From Balanoglossus misakiensis (taxonomy: Eukaryota > Animalia > Hemichordata), in contig CM082585.2 in the NCBI GenBank assembly GCA_040954595.2, forward strand, positions 8,441,549 to 8,505,548: a stretch of 64,000 bases of DNA. Reading direction: 5' to 3'. How positions within the stretch are numbered: the first letter of the stretch is position 1; every line of letters starts with the position of its first letter. The position numbers and the translations under genes were made by a program. Shown in pieces: positions 49,820 through 64,000 of the stretch. A model generated the notes under the pieces. The model had not been told where the DNA came from. It saw nothing but the letters and a program-made list of their open reading frames with translations, and searched no databases.

Positions 49820-50165
49820 CATGGGTTAATAGCTCATGAAAATTGTCAAAAACTGACTAATTCTTGACTTTCTGAATTTTGGTGATTTTCATGAAAAATG
49901 TCAAAAAACGAAAAAAAAATTATCGACCTGGGGGAACTTTGATGATTTTGTTATTTTTGACATTTTTTGGCCCTTAGAACCACGCTGGCGGTGGACGTTG
50001 TTCTTGCAGACATTTTTTTGGACCAAAGAACCACGCTGGCGGTGGCGGTTTTTCTTGCAGACTTATATAGGTTATGGCTCACGAAAATTGTCAAAAAAGA
50101 CAAATTCCCGACTTTGCAAACTTTCGTGATTATGTCATTTTTGGATATTTTCCATGGGTTATAGG
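49820..50165. repeat. Degenerate satellite-related monomers plus a 51-bp direct duplication
   Basis: catgggttaatagctcatgaaaattgtcaaaaa..gact and ggttatggctcacgaaaattgtcaaaaaagac resemble the 87-bp monomer; agaaccacgctggcggtgg recurs at 49976 and 50027. Confidence 0.7.
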
Positions 50166-50493
50166 TCAAGCAGAAATCGATCCCGAAATCAAGCAGGTGC
50201 AAATTTTAAAATCAGAAATATCTCTGTTGAAATCGTAAGCACTTATTAAATGTACTTAACAGGTCGCATAAAATAACTTCCTTCCGCACATGACAAATAC
50301 ACACACCCACCTGTTGCCCGACTTATTCATTTTGTATCAAAGTAAAACTGAATACAGAATACAGTGACATTTAACTTGAAGGTAGAACCCGCCTTGAAAA
50401 TTAAAGTCTTAAAACTTTTCTGATAGTTGGATCAATGTAACTTTAGATTATTATCTAAGAATTGAGAATAAAAAATCGAGCATACGCAAATTT

Positions 50494-53400
50494 AAAAAAT
50501 CGGTTATAGCTCATGAAAATCATCCCAAAATGACAATTTTTCGACTTTGCGAAATTTCAAAATTTGGTCGATTTTTGAAAAAAACCATGGGTTATAGCTC
50601 AGGAAAATCATCAAAAAATGACAATTTTTCGACTTTGCGGAAAATCAAAATTTGGCCGATTTTTGAAAAAAATCATGGGTTATAGCTCAGGAAATCATCA
50701 AAAAATGACAATTTTTCGACTTTGCGGAAAATCAAAATTTGGCCGATTTTCGAAAAAAATCATGGGTTATAGCTCAGGAAATCATCAAAAAATGACAATT
50801 TTTCGACTTTGCGGAAAATCAAAATTTGGCCGATTTTCGAAAAAAATCATGGGTTATAGCTCAGGAAATCATCAAAAAATGACAATTTTTCGACTTTGCG
50901 GAAAATCAAAATTTGGCCGATTTTCGAAAAAAATCATGGGTTATAGCTCAGGAAATCATCAAAAAATGACAATTTTTCGACTTTGCGGAAAATCAAAATT
51001 TGGCCGATTTTCGAAAAAAATCATGGGTTATAGCTCAGGAAATCATCAAAAAATGACAATTTTTCGACTTTGCGGAAAATCAAAATTTGGCCGATTTTCG
51101 AAAAAAATCATGGGTTATAGCTCAGGAAATCATCAAAAAATGACAATTTTTCGACTTTGCGGAAAATCAAAATTTGGCCGATTTTCGAAAAAAATCATGG
51201 GTTATAGCTCAGGAAATCATCAAAAAATGACAATTTTTCGACTTTGCGGAAAATCAAAATTTGGCCGATTTTCGAAAAAAATCATGGGTTATAGCTCAGG
51301 AAATCATCAAAAAATGACAATTTTTCGACTTTGCGGAAAATCAAAATTTGGCCGATTTTCGAAAAAAATCATGGGTTATAGCTCAGGAAGTCATCAAAAA
51401 ATGACAATTTTTCGACTTTGCGGAAAATCAAAATTTGGCCGATTTTCGAAAAAAATCATGGGTTATAGCTCAGGAAGTCATCAAAAAATGACAATTTTTC
51501 GACTTTGCGGAAAATCAAAATTTGGCCGATTTTCGATAAAAATCATGGGTTATAGCTCAGGAAGTCATCAAAAAATGACAATTTTTCGACTTTGCGGAAA
51601 ATCAAAATTTGGCCGATTTTCGATAAAAATCATGGGTTATAGCTCAGGAAGTCATCAAAAAATGACAATTTTTCGACTTTGCGGAAAATCAAAATTTGGC
51701 CGATTTTCGATAAAAATCATGGGTTATAGCTCAGGAAGTCATCAAAAAATGACAATTTTTCGACTTTGCGGAAAATCAAAATTTGGCCGATTTTCGATAA
51801 AAATCATGGGTTATAGCTCAGGAAGTCATCAAAAAATGACAATTTTACGACTTTGCGGAAAATCAAAATTTGGCCGATTTTCGATAAAAATCATGGGTTA
51901 TAGCTCAGGAAGTCATCAAAAAATGACAATTTTACGACTTTGCGGAAAATCAAAATTTGGCCGATTTTCGATAAAAATCATGGGTTATAGCTCAGGAAAT
52001 CATCAAAAAATGACAATTTTTCGACTTTGCGGAAAATCAAAATTTGGCCGATTTTCGAAAAAAATCATGGGTTATAGCTCAGGAAATCATCAAAAAATGA
52101 CAATTTTTCGACTTTGCGGAAAATCAAAATTTGGCCGATTTTCGAAAAAAATCATGGGTTATAGCTCAGGAAATCATCAAAAAATGACAATTTTTCGACT
52201 TTGCGGAAAATCAAAATTTGGCCGATTTTCGATAAAAATCATGGGTTATAGCTCATGAAATCATCAAAAAATGACAATTTTTCGACTTTGCGGAAAATCA
52301 AAATTTGGCCGATTTTCGATAAAAATCATGGGTTATAGCTCAGGAAATCATCAAAAAATGACATTTTTTCGACTTTGCGGAAAATCAAAATTTGGCCGAT
52401 TTTTGAAAAAAATCATGGGTTATAGCTCAGGAAGTCATCAAAAAATGACATTTTTTCGACTTTGCGGAAAATCAAAATTTGGCCGATTTTCGAAAAAAAT
52501 CATGGGTTATAGCTCAGGAAATCATCAAAAAATGACAATTTTTCGACTTTGCGGAAAATCAAAATTTGGCCGATTTTCGAAAAAAATCATGGGTTATAGC
52601 TCAGGAAGTCATCAAAAAATGACAATTTTTCGACTTTGCGGAAAATCAAAATTTGGCCGATTTTCGATAAAAATCATGGGTTATAGCTCAGGAAGTCATC
52701 AAAAAATGACAATTTTTCGACTTTGCGGAAAATCAAAATTTGGCCGATTTTCGATAAAAATCATGGGTTATAGCTCAGGAAGTCATCAAAAAATGACAAT
52801 TTTACGACTTTGCGGAAAATCAAAATTTGGCCGATTTTCGATAAAAATCATGGGTTATAGCTCAGGAAATCATCAAAAAATGACAATTTTTCGACTTTGC
52901 GGAAAATCAAAATTTGGCCGATTTTCGAAAAAAATCATGGGTTATAGCTCAGGAAATCATCAAAAAATGACAATTTTTCGACTTTGCGGAAAATCAAAAT
53001 TTGGCCGATTTTCGAAAAAAATCATGGGTTATAGCTCAGGAAATCATCAAAAAATGACAATTTTTCGACTTTGCGGAAAATCAAAATTTGGCCGATTTTC
53101 GAAAAAAATCATGGGTTATAGCTCAGGAAATCATCAAAAAATGACAATTTTTCGACTTTGCGGAAAATCAAAATTTGGCCGATTTTCGAAAAAAATCATG
53201 GGTTATAGCTCAGGAAATCATCAAAAAATGACAATTTTTCGACTTTGCGGAAAATCAAAATTTGGCCGATTTTCGATAAAAATCATGGGTTATAGCTCAG
53301 GAAATCATCAAAAAATGACAATTTTTCGACTTTGCGGAAAATCAAAATTTGGCCGATTTTCGATAAAAATCATGGGTTATAGCTCAGGAAATCATCAAAA

Positions 53401-56400
53401 AATGACAATTTTTCGACTTTGCGGAAAATCAAAATTTGGCCGATTTTCGATAAAAATCATGGGTTATAGCTCAGGAAATCATCAAAAAATGACAATTTTT
53501 CGACTTTGCGGAAAATCAAAATTTGGCCGATTTTCGAAAAAAATCATGGGTTATAGCTCAGGAAATCATCAAAAAATGACATTTTTTCGACTTTGCGGAA
53601 AATCAAAATTTGGCCGATTTTTGAAAAAAATCATGGGTTATAGCTCAGGAAGTCATCAAAAAATGACAATTTTTCGACTTTGCGGAAAATCAAAATTTGG
53701 CCGATTTTCGATAAAAATCATGGGTTATAGCTCAGGAAATCATCAAAAAATGACAATTTTTCGACTTTGCGGAAAATCAAAATTTGGCCGATTTTCGAAA
53801 AAAATCATGGGTTATAGCTCAGGAAATCATCAAAAAATGACAATTTTTCGACTTTGCGGAAAATCAAAATTTGGCCGATTTTCGAAAAAAATCATGGGTT
53901 ATAGCTCAGGAAATCATCAAAAAATGACAATTTTTCGACTTTGCGGAAAATCAAGATTTGGCCGATTTTCGAAAAAAATCATGGGTTATAGCTCAGGAAA
54001 TCATCAAAAAATGACAATTTTTCGACTTTGCGGAAAATCAAGATTTGGCCGATTTTCGAAAAAAATCATGGGTTATAGCTCAGGAAATCATCAAAAAATG
54101 ACAATTTTTCGACTTTGCGGAAAATCAAAATTTGGCCGATTTTCGAAAAAAATCATGGGTTATAGCTCAGGAAATCATCAAAAAATGACAATTTTTCGAC
54201 TTTGCGGAAAATCAAAATTTGGCCGATTTTTGAAAAAAATCATGGGTTATAGCTCAGGAAATCATCAAAAAATGACAATTTTTCGACTTTGCGGAAAATC
54301 AAAATTTGGCCGATTTTCGATAAAAATCATGGGTTATAGCTCAGGAAATCATCAAAAAATGACAATTTTTCGACTTTGCGGAAAATCAAAATTTGGCCGA
54401 TTTTCGATAAAAATCATGGGTTATAGCTCAGGAAATCATCAAAAAATGACAATTTTTCGACTTTGCGGAAAATCAAAATTTGGCCGATTTTCGATAAAAA
54501 TCATGGGTTATAGCTCAGGAAATCATCAAAAAATGACAATTTTTCGACTTTGCGGAAAATCAAAATTTGGCCGATTTTCGATAAAAATCATGGGTTATAG
54601 CTCAGGAAATCATCAAAAAATGACAATTTTTCGACTTTGCGGAAAATCAAAATTTGGCCGATTTTCGATAAAAATCATGGGTTATAGCTCAGGAAATCAT
54701 CAAAAAATGACAATTTTTCGACTTTGCGGAAAATCAAAATTTGGCCGATTTTTGAAAAAAATCATGGGTTATAGCTCAGGAAATCATCAAAAAATGACAT
54801 TTTTTCGACTTTGCGGAAAATCAAAATTTGGCCGATTTTTGAAAAAAATCATGGGTTATAGCTCAGGAAGTCATCAAAAAATGACAATTTTTCGACTTTG
54901 CGGAAAATCAAAATTTGGCCGATTTTCGATAAAAATCATGGGTTATAGCTCAGGAAATCATCAAAAAATGACAATTTTTCGACTTTGCGGAAAATCAAAA
55001 TTTGGCCGATTTTCGAAAAAAATCATGGGTTATAGCTCAGGAAATCATCAAAAAATGACAATTTTTCGACTTTGCGGAAAATCAAGATTTGGCCGATTTT
55101 CGAAAAAAATCATGGGTTATAGCTCAGGAAATCATCAAAAAATGACAATTTTTCGACTTTGCGGAAAATCAAGATTTGGCCGATTTTCGAAAAAAATCAT
55201 GGGTTATAGCTCAGGAAATCATCAAAAAATGACAATTTTTCGACTTTGCGGAAAATCAAAATTTGGCCGATTTTCGAAAAAAATCATGGGTTATAGCTCA
55301 GGAAATCATCAAAAAATGACAATTTTTCGACTTTGCGGAAAATCAAAATTTGGCCGATTTTCGAAAAAAATCATGGGTTATAGCTCAGGAAATCATCAAA
55401 AAATGACAATTTTTCGACTTTGCGGAAAATCAAAATTTGGCCGATTTTCGAAAAAAATCATGGGTTATAGCTCAGGAAATCATCAAAAAATGACAATTTT
55501 TCGACTTTGCGGAAAATCAAAATTTGGCCGATTTTCGAAAAAAATCATGGGTTATAGCTCAGGAAATCATCAAAAAATGACAATTTTTCGACTTTGCGGA
55601 AAATCAAAATTTGGCCGATTTTCGAAAAAAATCATGGGTTATAGCTCAGGAAATCATCAAAAAATGACAATTTTTCGACTTTGCGGAAAATCTTAATTTG
55701 GCCGATTTTCGATAAAAATCATGGGTTATAGCTCAGGAAATCATCAAAAAATGACAATTTTTCGACTTTGCGGAAAATCAAAATTTGGCCGATTTTCGAT
55801 AAAAATCATGGGTTATAGCTCAGGAAATCATCAAAAAATGACAATTTTTCGACTTTGCGGAAAATCAAAATTTGGCCGATTTTCGATAAAAATCATGGGT
55901 TATAGCTCATGAAATCGTCAAAAAATGACAATTTTTCGACTTTGCGGAAAATCAAAATTTGGCCGATTTTTGATAAAAATCATGGGTTATAGCTCAGGAA
56001 ATCGTCAAAAAATGACAATTTTTCGACTTTGCGGAAAATCAAAATTTGGCCGATTTTTGAAAAAAATCATGGGTTATAGCTCAGGAAATCATCAAAAAAT
56101 GACAATTTTTCGACTTTGCGGAAAATCAAAATTTGGCCGATTTTTGAAAAAAATCATGGGTTATAGCTCAGGAAATCATCAAAAAATGACAATTTTTCGA
56201 CTTTGCGGAAAATCAAAATTTGGGCCGATTTTTGATAAAAATCATGGGTTATAGCTCAGGAAATCATCAAAAAATGACAATTTTTCGACTTTGCGGAAAA
56301 TCAAAATTTGGCCGATTTTTGAAAAAAATCATGGGTTATAGCTCAGGAAATCATCAAAAAATGACAATTTTTCGACTTTGCGGAAAATCAAAATTTGGCC

Positions 56401-59400
56401 GATTTTTGAAAAAAATCATGGGTTATAGCTCAGGAAATCATCAAAAAATGACAATTTTTCGACTTTGCGGAAAATCAAAATTTGGCCGATTTTTGATAAA
56501 AATCATGGGTTATAGCTCAGGAAATCATCAAAAAATGACAATTTTTCGACTTTGCGGAAAATCAAAATTTGGCCGATTTTTGATAAAAATCATGGGTTAT
56601 AGCTCAGGAAATCATCAAAAAATGACAATTTTTCGACTTTGCGGAAAATCAAAATTTGGCCGATTTTTGATAAAAATCATGGGTTATAGCTCAGGAAATC
56701 ATCAAAAAATGACAATTTTTCGACTTTGCGGAAAATCAAAATTTGGCCGATTTTTGATAAAAATCATGGGTTATAGCTCAGGAAATCATCAAAAAATGAC
56801 AATTTTTCGACTTTGCGGAAAATCAAAATTTGGCCGATTTTTGATAAAAATCATGGGTTATAGCTCAGGAAATCATCAAAAAATGACAATTTTTCGACTT
56901 TGCGGAAAATCAAAATTTGGCCGATTTTTGATAAAAATCATGGGTTATAGCTCAGGAAATCATCAAAAAATGACAATTTTTCGACTTTGCGGAAAATCAA
57001 AATTTGGCCGATTTTCGATAAAAATCATGGGTTATAGCTCAGGAAATCATCAAAAAATGACAATTTTTCGACTTTGCGGAAAATCAAAATTTGGCCGATT
57101 TTCGATAAAAATCATGGGTTATAGCTCAGGAAATCATCAAAAAATGACAATTTTTCGACTTTGCGGAAAATCAAAATTTGGCCGATTTTCGATAAAAATC
57201 ATGGGTTATAGCTCAGGAAATCATCAAAAAATGACAATTTTTCGACTTTGCGGAAAATCAAAATTTGGCCGATTTTCGATAAAAATCATGGGTTATAGCT
57301 CAGGAAATCATCAAAAAATGACAATTTTTCGACTTTGCGGAAAATCAAAATTTGGCCGATTTTCGATAAAAATCATGGGTTATAGCTCAGGAAATCATCA
57401 AAAAATGACAATTTTTCGACTTTGCGGAAAATCAAAATTTGGCCGATTTTCGATAAAAATCATGGGTTATAGCTCAGGAAATCATCAAAAAATGACAATT
57501 TTTCGACTTTGCGGAAAATCAAAATTTGGCCGATTTTCGATAAAAATCATGGGTTATAGCTCAGGAAATCATCAAAAAATGACAATTTTTCGACTTTGCG
57601 GAAAATCAAAATTTGGCCGATTTTCGATAAAAATCATGGGTTATAGCTCAGGAAATCATCAAAAAATGACAATTTTTCGACTTTGCGGAAAATCAAAATT
57701 TGGCCGATTTTCGATAAAAATCATGGGTTATAGCTCAGGAAATCATCAAAAAATGACAATTTTTCGACTTTGCGGAAAATCAAAATTTGGCCGATTTTCG
57801 ATAAAAATCATGGGTTATAGCTCAGGAAATCATCAAAAAATGACAATTTTTCGACTTTGCGGAAAATCAAAATTTGGCCGATTTTCGATAAAAATCATGG
57901 GTTATAGCTCAGGAAATCATCAAAAAATGACAATTTTTCGACTTTGCGGAAAATCAAAATTTGGCCGATTTTCGATAAAAATCATGGGTTATAGCTCAGG
58001 AAATCATCAAAAAATGACAATTTTTCGACTTTGCGGAAAATCAAAATTTGGCCGATTTTCGATAAAAATCATGGGTTATAGCTCAGGAAATCATCAAAAA
58101 ATGACAATTTTTCGACTTTGCGGAAAATCAAAATTTGGCCGATTTTCGATAAAAATCATGGGTTATAGCTCAGGAAATCATCAAAAAATGACAATTTTTC
58201 GACTTTGCGGAAAATCAAAATTTGGCCGATTTTCGATAAAAATCATGGGTTATAGCTCAGGAAATCATCAAAAAATGACAATTTTTCGACTTTGCGGAAA
58301 ATCAAAATTTGGCCGATTTTCGATAAAAATCATGGGTTATAGCTCAGGAAATCATCAAAAAATGACAATTTTTCGACTTTGCGGAAAATCAAAATTTGGC
58401 CGATTTTCGATAAAAATCATGGGTTATAGCTCAGGAAATCATCAAAAAATGACAATTTTTCGACTTTGCGGAAAATCAAAATTTGGCCGATTTTCGATAA
58501 AAATCATGGGTTATAGCTCAGGAAATCATCAAAAAATGACAATTTTTCGACTTTGCGGAAAATCAAAATTTGGCCGATTTTCGATAAAAATCATGGGTTA
58601 TAGCTCAGGAAATCATCAAAAAATGACAATTTTTCGACTTTGCGGAAAATCAAAATTTGGCCGATTTTCGATAAAAATCATGGGTTATAGCTCAGGAAAT
58701 CATCAAAAAATGACAATTTTTCGACTTTGCGGAAAATCAAAATTTGGCCGATTTTCGATAAAAATCATGGGTTATAGCTCAGGAAATCATCAAAAAATGA
58801 CAATTTTTCGACTTTGCGGAAAATCAAAATTTGGCCGATTTTCGATAAAAATCATGGGTTATAGCTCAGGAAATCATCAAAAAATGACAATTTTCGACTT
58901 TGCGGAAAATCAAAATTTGGCCGATTTTCGATAAAAATCATGGGTTATAGCTCAGGAAATCATCAAAAAATGACAATTTTTCGACTTTGCGGAAAATCAA
59001 AATTTGGCCGATTTTCGATAAAAATCATGGGTTATAGCTCAGGAAATCATCAAAAAATGACAATTTTTCGACTTTGCGGAAAATCAAAATTTGGCCGATT
59101 TTCGATAAAAATCATGGGTTATAGCTCAGGAAATCATCAAAAAATGACAATTTTTCGACTTTGCGGAAAATCAAAATTTGGCCGATTTTCGATAAAAATC
59201 ATGGGTTATAGCTCAGGAAATCATCAAAAAATGACAATTTTTCGACTTTGCGGAAAATCAAAATTTGGCCGATTTTCGATAAAAATCATGGGTTATAGCT
59301 CAGGAAATCATCAAAAAATGACAATTTTTCGACTTTGCGGAAAATCAAAATTTGGCCGATTTTCGATAAAAATCATGGGTTATAGCTCAGGAAATCATCA

Positions 59401-62400
59401 AAAAATGACAATTTTTCGACTTTGCGGAAAATCAAAATTTGGCCGATTTTCGATAAAAATCATGGGTTATAGCTCAGGAAATCATCAAAAAATGACAATT
59501 TTTCGACTTTGCGGAAAATCAAAATTTGGCCGATTTTCGATAAAAATCATGGGTTATAGCTCAGGAAATCATCAAAAAATGACAATTTTTCGACTTTGCG
59601 GAAAATCAAAATTTGGCCGATTTTCGATAAAAATCATGGGTTATAGCTCAGGAAATCATCAAAAAATGACAATTTTTCGACTTTGCGGAAAATCAAAATT
59701 TGGCCGATTTTCGATAAAAATCATGGGTTATAGCTCAGGAAATCATCAAAAAATGACAATTTTTCGACTTTGCGGAAAATCAAAATTTGGGCCGATTTTC
59801 GATAAAAATCATGGGTTATAGCTCAGGAAATCATCAAAAAATGACAATTTTTCGACTTTGCGGAAAATCAAAATTTGGCCGATTTTCGATAAAAATCATG
59901 GGTTATAGCTCAGGAAATCATCAAAAAATGACAATTTTTCGAACTTTGCGGAAAATCAAAATTTGGCCGATTTTCGATAAAAATCATGGGTTATAGCTCA
60001 GGAAATCATCAAAAAATGACAATTTTTCGACTTTGCGGAAAATCAAAATTTGGCCGATTTTCGATAAAAATCATGGGTTATAGCTCAGGAAATCATCAAA
60101 AAATGACAATTTTTCGACTTTGCGGAAAATCAAAATTTGGCCGATTTTCGATAAAAATCATGGGTTATAGCTCAGGAAATCATCAAAAAATGACAATTTT
60201 TCGACTTTGCGGAAAATCAAAATTTGGCCGATTTTCGATAAAAATCATGGGTTATAGCTCAGGAAATCATCAAAAAATGACAATTTTTCGACTTTGCGGA
60301 AAATCAAAATTTGGCCGATTTTCGATAAAAATCATGGTTATAGCTCAGGAAATCATCAAAAAATGACAATTTTTCGACTTTGCGGAAAATCAAAATTTGG
60401 CCGATTTTCGATAAAAATCATGGGTTATAGCTCAGGAAATCATCAAAAAATGACAATTTTTCGACTTTGCGGAAAATCAAAATTTGGCCGATTTTCGATA
60501 AAAATCATGGGTTATAGCTCAGGAAATCATCAAAAAATGACAATTTTTCGACTTTGCGGAAAATCAAAATTTGGCCGATTTTCGATAAAAATCATGGGTT
60601 ATAGCTCAGGAAATCATCAAAAAATGACAATTTTTCGACTTTGCGGAAAATCAAAATTTGGCCGATTTTCGATAAAAATCATGGGTTATAGCTCAGGAAA
60701 TCATCAAAAAATGACAATTTTTCGACTTTGCGGAAAATCAAAATTTGGGCCGATTTTCGATAAAAATCATGGGTTATAGCTCAGGAAATCATCAAAAAAT
60801 GACAATTTTTCGACTTTGCGGAAAATCAAAATTTGGCCGATTTTCGATAAAAATCATGGGTTATAGCTCAGGAAATCATCAAAAAATGACAATTTTTCGA
60901 CTTTGCGGAAAATCAAAATTTGGCCGATTTTCGATAAAAATCATGGGTTATAGCTCAGGAAATCATCAAAAAATGACAATTTTTCGACTTTGCGGAAAAT
61001 CAAAATTTGGCCGATTTTCGATAAAAATCATGGTTATAGCTCAGGAAATCATCAAAAAATGACAATTTTTCGACTTTGCGGAAAATCAAAATTTGGCCGA
61101 TTTTCGATAAAAATCATGGGTTATAGCTCAGGAAATCATCAAAAAATGACAATTTTTCGACTTTGCGGAAAATCAAAATTTGGCCGATTTTCGATAAAAA
61201 TCATGGGTTATAGCTCAGGAAATCATCAAAAAATGACAATTTTTCGACTTTGCGGAAAATCAAAATTTGGCCGATTTTCGATAAAAATCATGGGTTATAG
61301 CTCAGGAAATCATCAAAAAATGACAATTTTCGACTTTGCGGAAAATCAAAATTTGGCCGATTTTCGATAAAAATCATGGGTTATAGCTCAGGAAATCATC
61401 AAAAAATGACAATTTTTCGACTTTGCGGAAAATCAAAATTTGGCCGATTTTCGATAAAAATCATGGGTTATAGCTCAGGAAATCATCAAAAAATGACAAT
61501 TTTTCGACTTTGCGGAAAATCAAAATTTGGCCGATTTTCGATAAAAATCATGGGTTATAGCTCAGGAAATCATCAAAAAATGACAATTTTTCGACTTTGC
61601 GGAAAATCAAAATTTGGCCGATTTTCGATAAAAATCATGGTTATAGCTCAGGAAATCATCAAAAAATGACAATTTTTCGACTTTGCGGAAAATCAAAATT
61701 TGGCCGATTTTCGATAAAAATCATGGGTTATAGCTCAGGAAATCATCAAAAAATGACAATTTTTCGACTTTGCGGAAAATCAAAATTTGGCCGATTTTCG
61801 ATAAAAATCATGGGTTATAGCTCAGGAAATCATCAAAAAATGACAATTTTCGACTTTGCGGAAAATCAAAATTTGGCCGATTTTCGATAAAAATCATGGG
61901 TTATAGCTCAGGAAATCATCAAAAAATGACAATTTTTCGACTTTGCGGAAAATCAAAATTTGGCCGATTTTCGATAAAAATCATGGGTTATAGCTCAGGA
62001 AATCATCAAAAAATGACAATTTTTCGACTTTGCGGAAAATCAAAATTTGGCCGATTTTCGATAAAATCATGGGTTATAGCTCAGGAAATCATCAAAAAAT
62101 GACAATTTTTCGACTTTGCGGAAAATCAAAATTTGGCCGATTTTCGATAAAAATCATGGGTTATAGCTCAGGAAATCATCAAAAAATGACAATTTTTCGA
62201 CTTTGCGGAAAATCAAAATTTGGCCGATTTTCGATAAAAATCATGGGTTATAGCTCAGGAAATCATCAAAAAATGACAATTTTTCGACTTTGCGGAAAAT
62301 CAAAATTTGGCCGATTTTCGATAAAAATCATGGTTATAGCTCAGGAAATCATCAAAAAATGACAATTTTTCGACTTTGCGGAAAATCAAAATTTGGCCGA

Positions 62401-64000
62401 TTTTCGATAAAAATCATGGGTTATAGCTCAGGAAATCATCAAAAAATGACAATTTTTCGACTTTGCGGAAAATCAAAATTTGGCCGATTTTCGATAAAAA
62501 TCATGGGTTATAGCTCAGGAAATCATCAAAAAATGACAATTTTTCGACTTTGCGGAAAATCAAAATTTGGCCGATTTTCGATAAAAATCATGGGTTATAG
62601 CTCAGGAAATCATCAAAAAATGACAATTTTTCGACTTTGCGGAAAATCAAAATTTGGCCGATTTTCGATAAAAATCATGGGTTATAGCTCAGGAAATCAT
62701 CAAAAAATGACAATTTTTCGACTTTGCGGAAAATCAAAATTTGTCCGATTTTCGATAAAAATCATGGGTTATAGCTCAGGAAATCATCAAAAAATGACAA
62801 TTTTTCGACTTTGCGGAAAATCAAAATTTGTCCGATCTTCGATAAAAATCATGGGTTATAGCTCAGGAAATCATCAAAAAATGACAATTTTTCGACTTTG
62901 CGGAAAATCAAAATTTGGCCGATTTTCGATAAAAATCATGGGTTATAGCTCAGGAAATCATCAAAAAATGACAATTTTTCGACTTTGCGGAAAATCAAAA
63001 TTTGGCCGATTTTCGATAAAAATCATGGGTTATAGCTCAGGAAATCATCAAAAAATGACAATTTTCGACTTTGCGGAAAATCAAAATTTGGCCGATTTTC
63101 GATAAAAATCATGGGTTATAGCTCAGGAATCATCAAAAAATGACAATTTTTCGACTTTGCGGAAAATCAAAATTTGGCCGATTTTCGATAAAAATCATGG
63201 GTTATAGCTCAGGAAATCATCAAAAAATGACAATTTTTCGACTTTGCGGAAAATCAAAATTTGGCCGATTTTCGATAAAAATCATGGGTTATAGCTCAGG
63301 AAATCATCAAAAAAATGACAATTTTTCGACTTTGCGGAAAATCAAAATTTGGCCGATTTTCGATAAAAATCATGGGTTATAGCTCAGGAAATCATCAAAA
63401 AAATGACAATTTTTCGACTTTGCGGAAAATCAAAATTTGGCCGATTTTCGATAAAAATCATGGGTTATAGCTCAGGAAATCATCAAAAAATGACAATTTT
63501 TCGACTTTGCGGAAAATCAAAATTTGGCCGATTTTCGATAAAAATCATGGGTTATAGCTCAGGAAATCATCAAAAAATGACAATTTTTCGACTTTGCGGA
63601 AAATCAAAATTTGGCCGATTTTCGATAAAAATCATGGGTTATAGCTCAGGAAATCATCAAAAAATGACAATTTTTCGACTTTGCGGAAAATCAAAATTTG
63701 GCCGATTTTTGATAAAAATCATGGGTTATAGCTCAGGAAATCATCAAAAAATGACAATTTTTCGACTTTGCGGAAAATCAAAATTTGGCCGATTTTTGAA
63801 AAAAATCATGGGTTATAGCTCAGGAAATCATCAAAAAATGACAATTTTTCGACTTTGCGGAAAATCAAAATTTGGCCGATTTTCGATAAAAATCATGGGT
63901 TATAGCTCAGGAAATCATCAAAAAATGACAATTTTTCGACTTTGCGGAAAATCAAATTTGGCCGATTTTCGATAAAAATCATGGGTTATAGCTCAGGAAT
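50494..64000. repeat. 87-bp tandem satellite array, ~155 copies, continues past the window end
   Basis: Monomer atgggttatagctcaggaaatcatcaaaaaatgacaatttttcgactttgcggaaaatcaaaatttggccgattttcgataaaaatc, head-to-tail and nearly identical copies. Confidence 0.99.

Noticed and set aside
50618-63975. Giant repetitive ORFs (546, 1141, 904 aa and others) as real genes
   Set aside because: They are translations of an 87-bp satellite, interrupted by scattered stops and frameshifts, with no unique N- or C-terminal domain or splice structure.
50494-64000. CRISPR array
   Set aside because: The units are contiguous with no unique spacers, there are no cas genes, and the context is eukaryotic.
58880-64000. 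Frequent single-base indels as biological variants or programmed frameshifts
   Set aside because: Almost all fall in homopolymer runs and they increase toward the window end, as expected from long-read consensus errors; this cannot be resolved without reads.

Overview
Intron-rich, AT-rich animal genomic DNA, probably an invertebrate deuterostome (hemichordate/echinoderm-like); the species cannot be fixed from the sequence. I assembled genes by hand from splice signals and reading phase. Rab6 lies on + (904-20218), an ACSL3/4 long-chain acyl-CoA synthetase on - (25375-29596) and WDR73 on + (35135-46961). Two paralogous genes are nested antisense in WDR73 intron 1 (36331-38847 and 40175-43125). 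An intronless TSSK-like kinase lies on - (47830-48777), and an 87-bp tandem satellite runs from about 50.5 kb to the window end. Highlights: (1) the two nested genes encode apparently secreted proteins that join a signal peptide, an angiopoietin-like 'CAYTF' motif and a coiled coil to a complete Na+/K+-ATPase beta-subunit ectodomain with no membrane anchor. (2) Rab6 has a duplicated 94-nt mutually exclusive exon pair, and its terminal U12-type intron has two alternative U12 acceptors giving C-termini ending CAC or CSTC. (3) The TSSK-like kinase has a degenerate catalytic loop. (4) The satellite shows an incipient 13-14-monomer higher-order periodicity. All homology calls come from motif recognition, not database searches.
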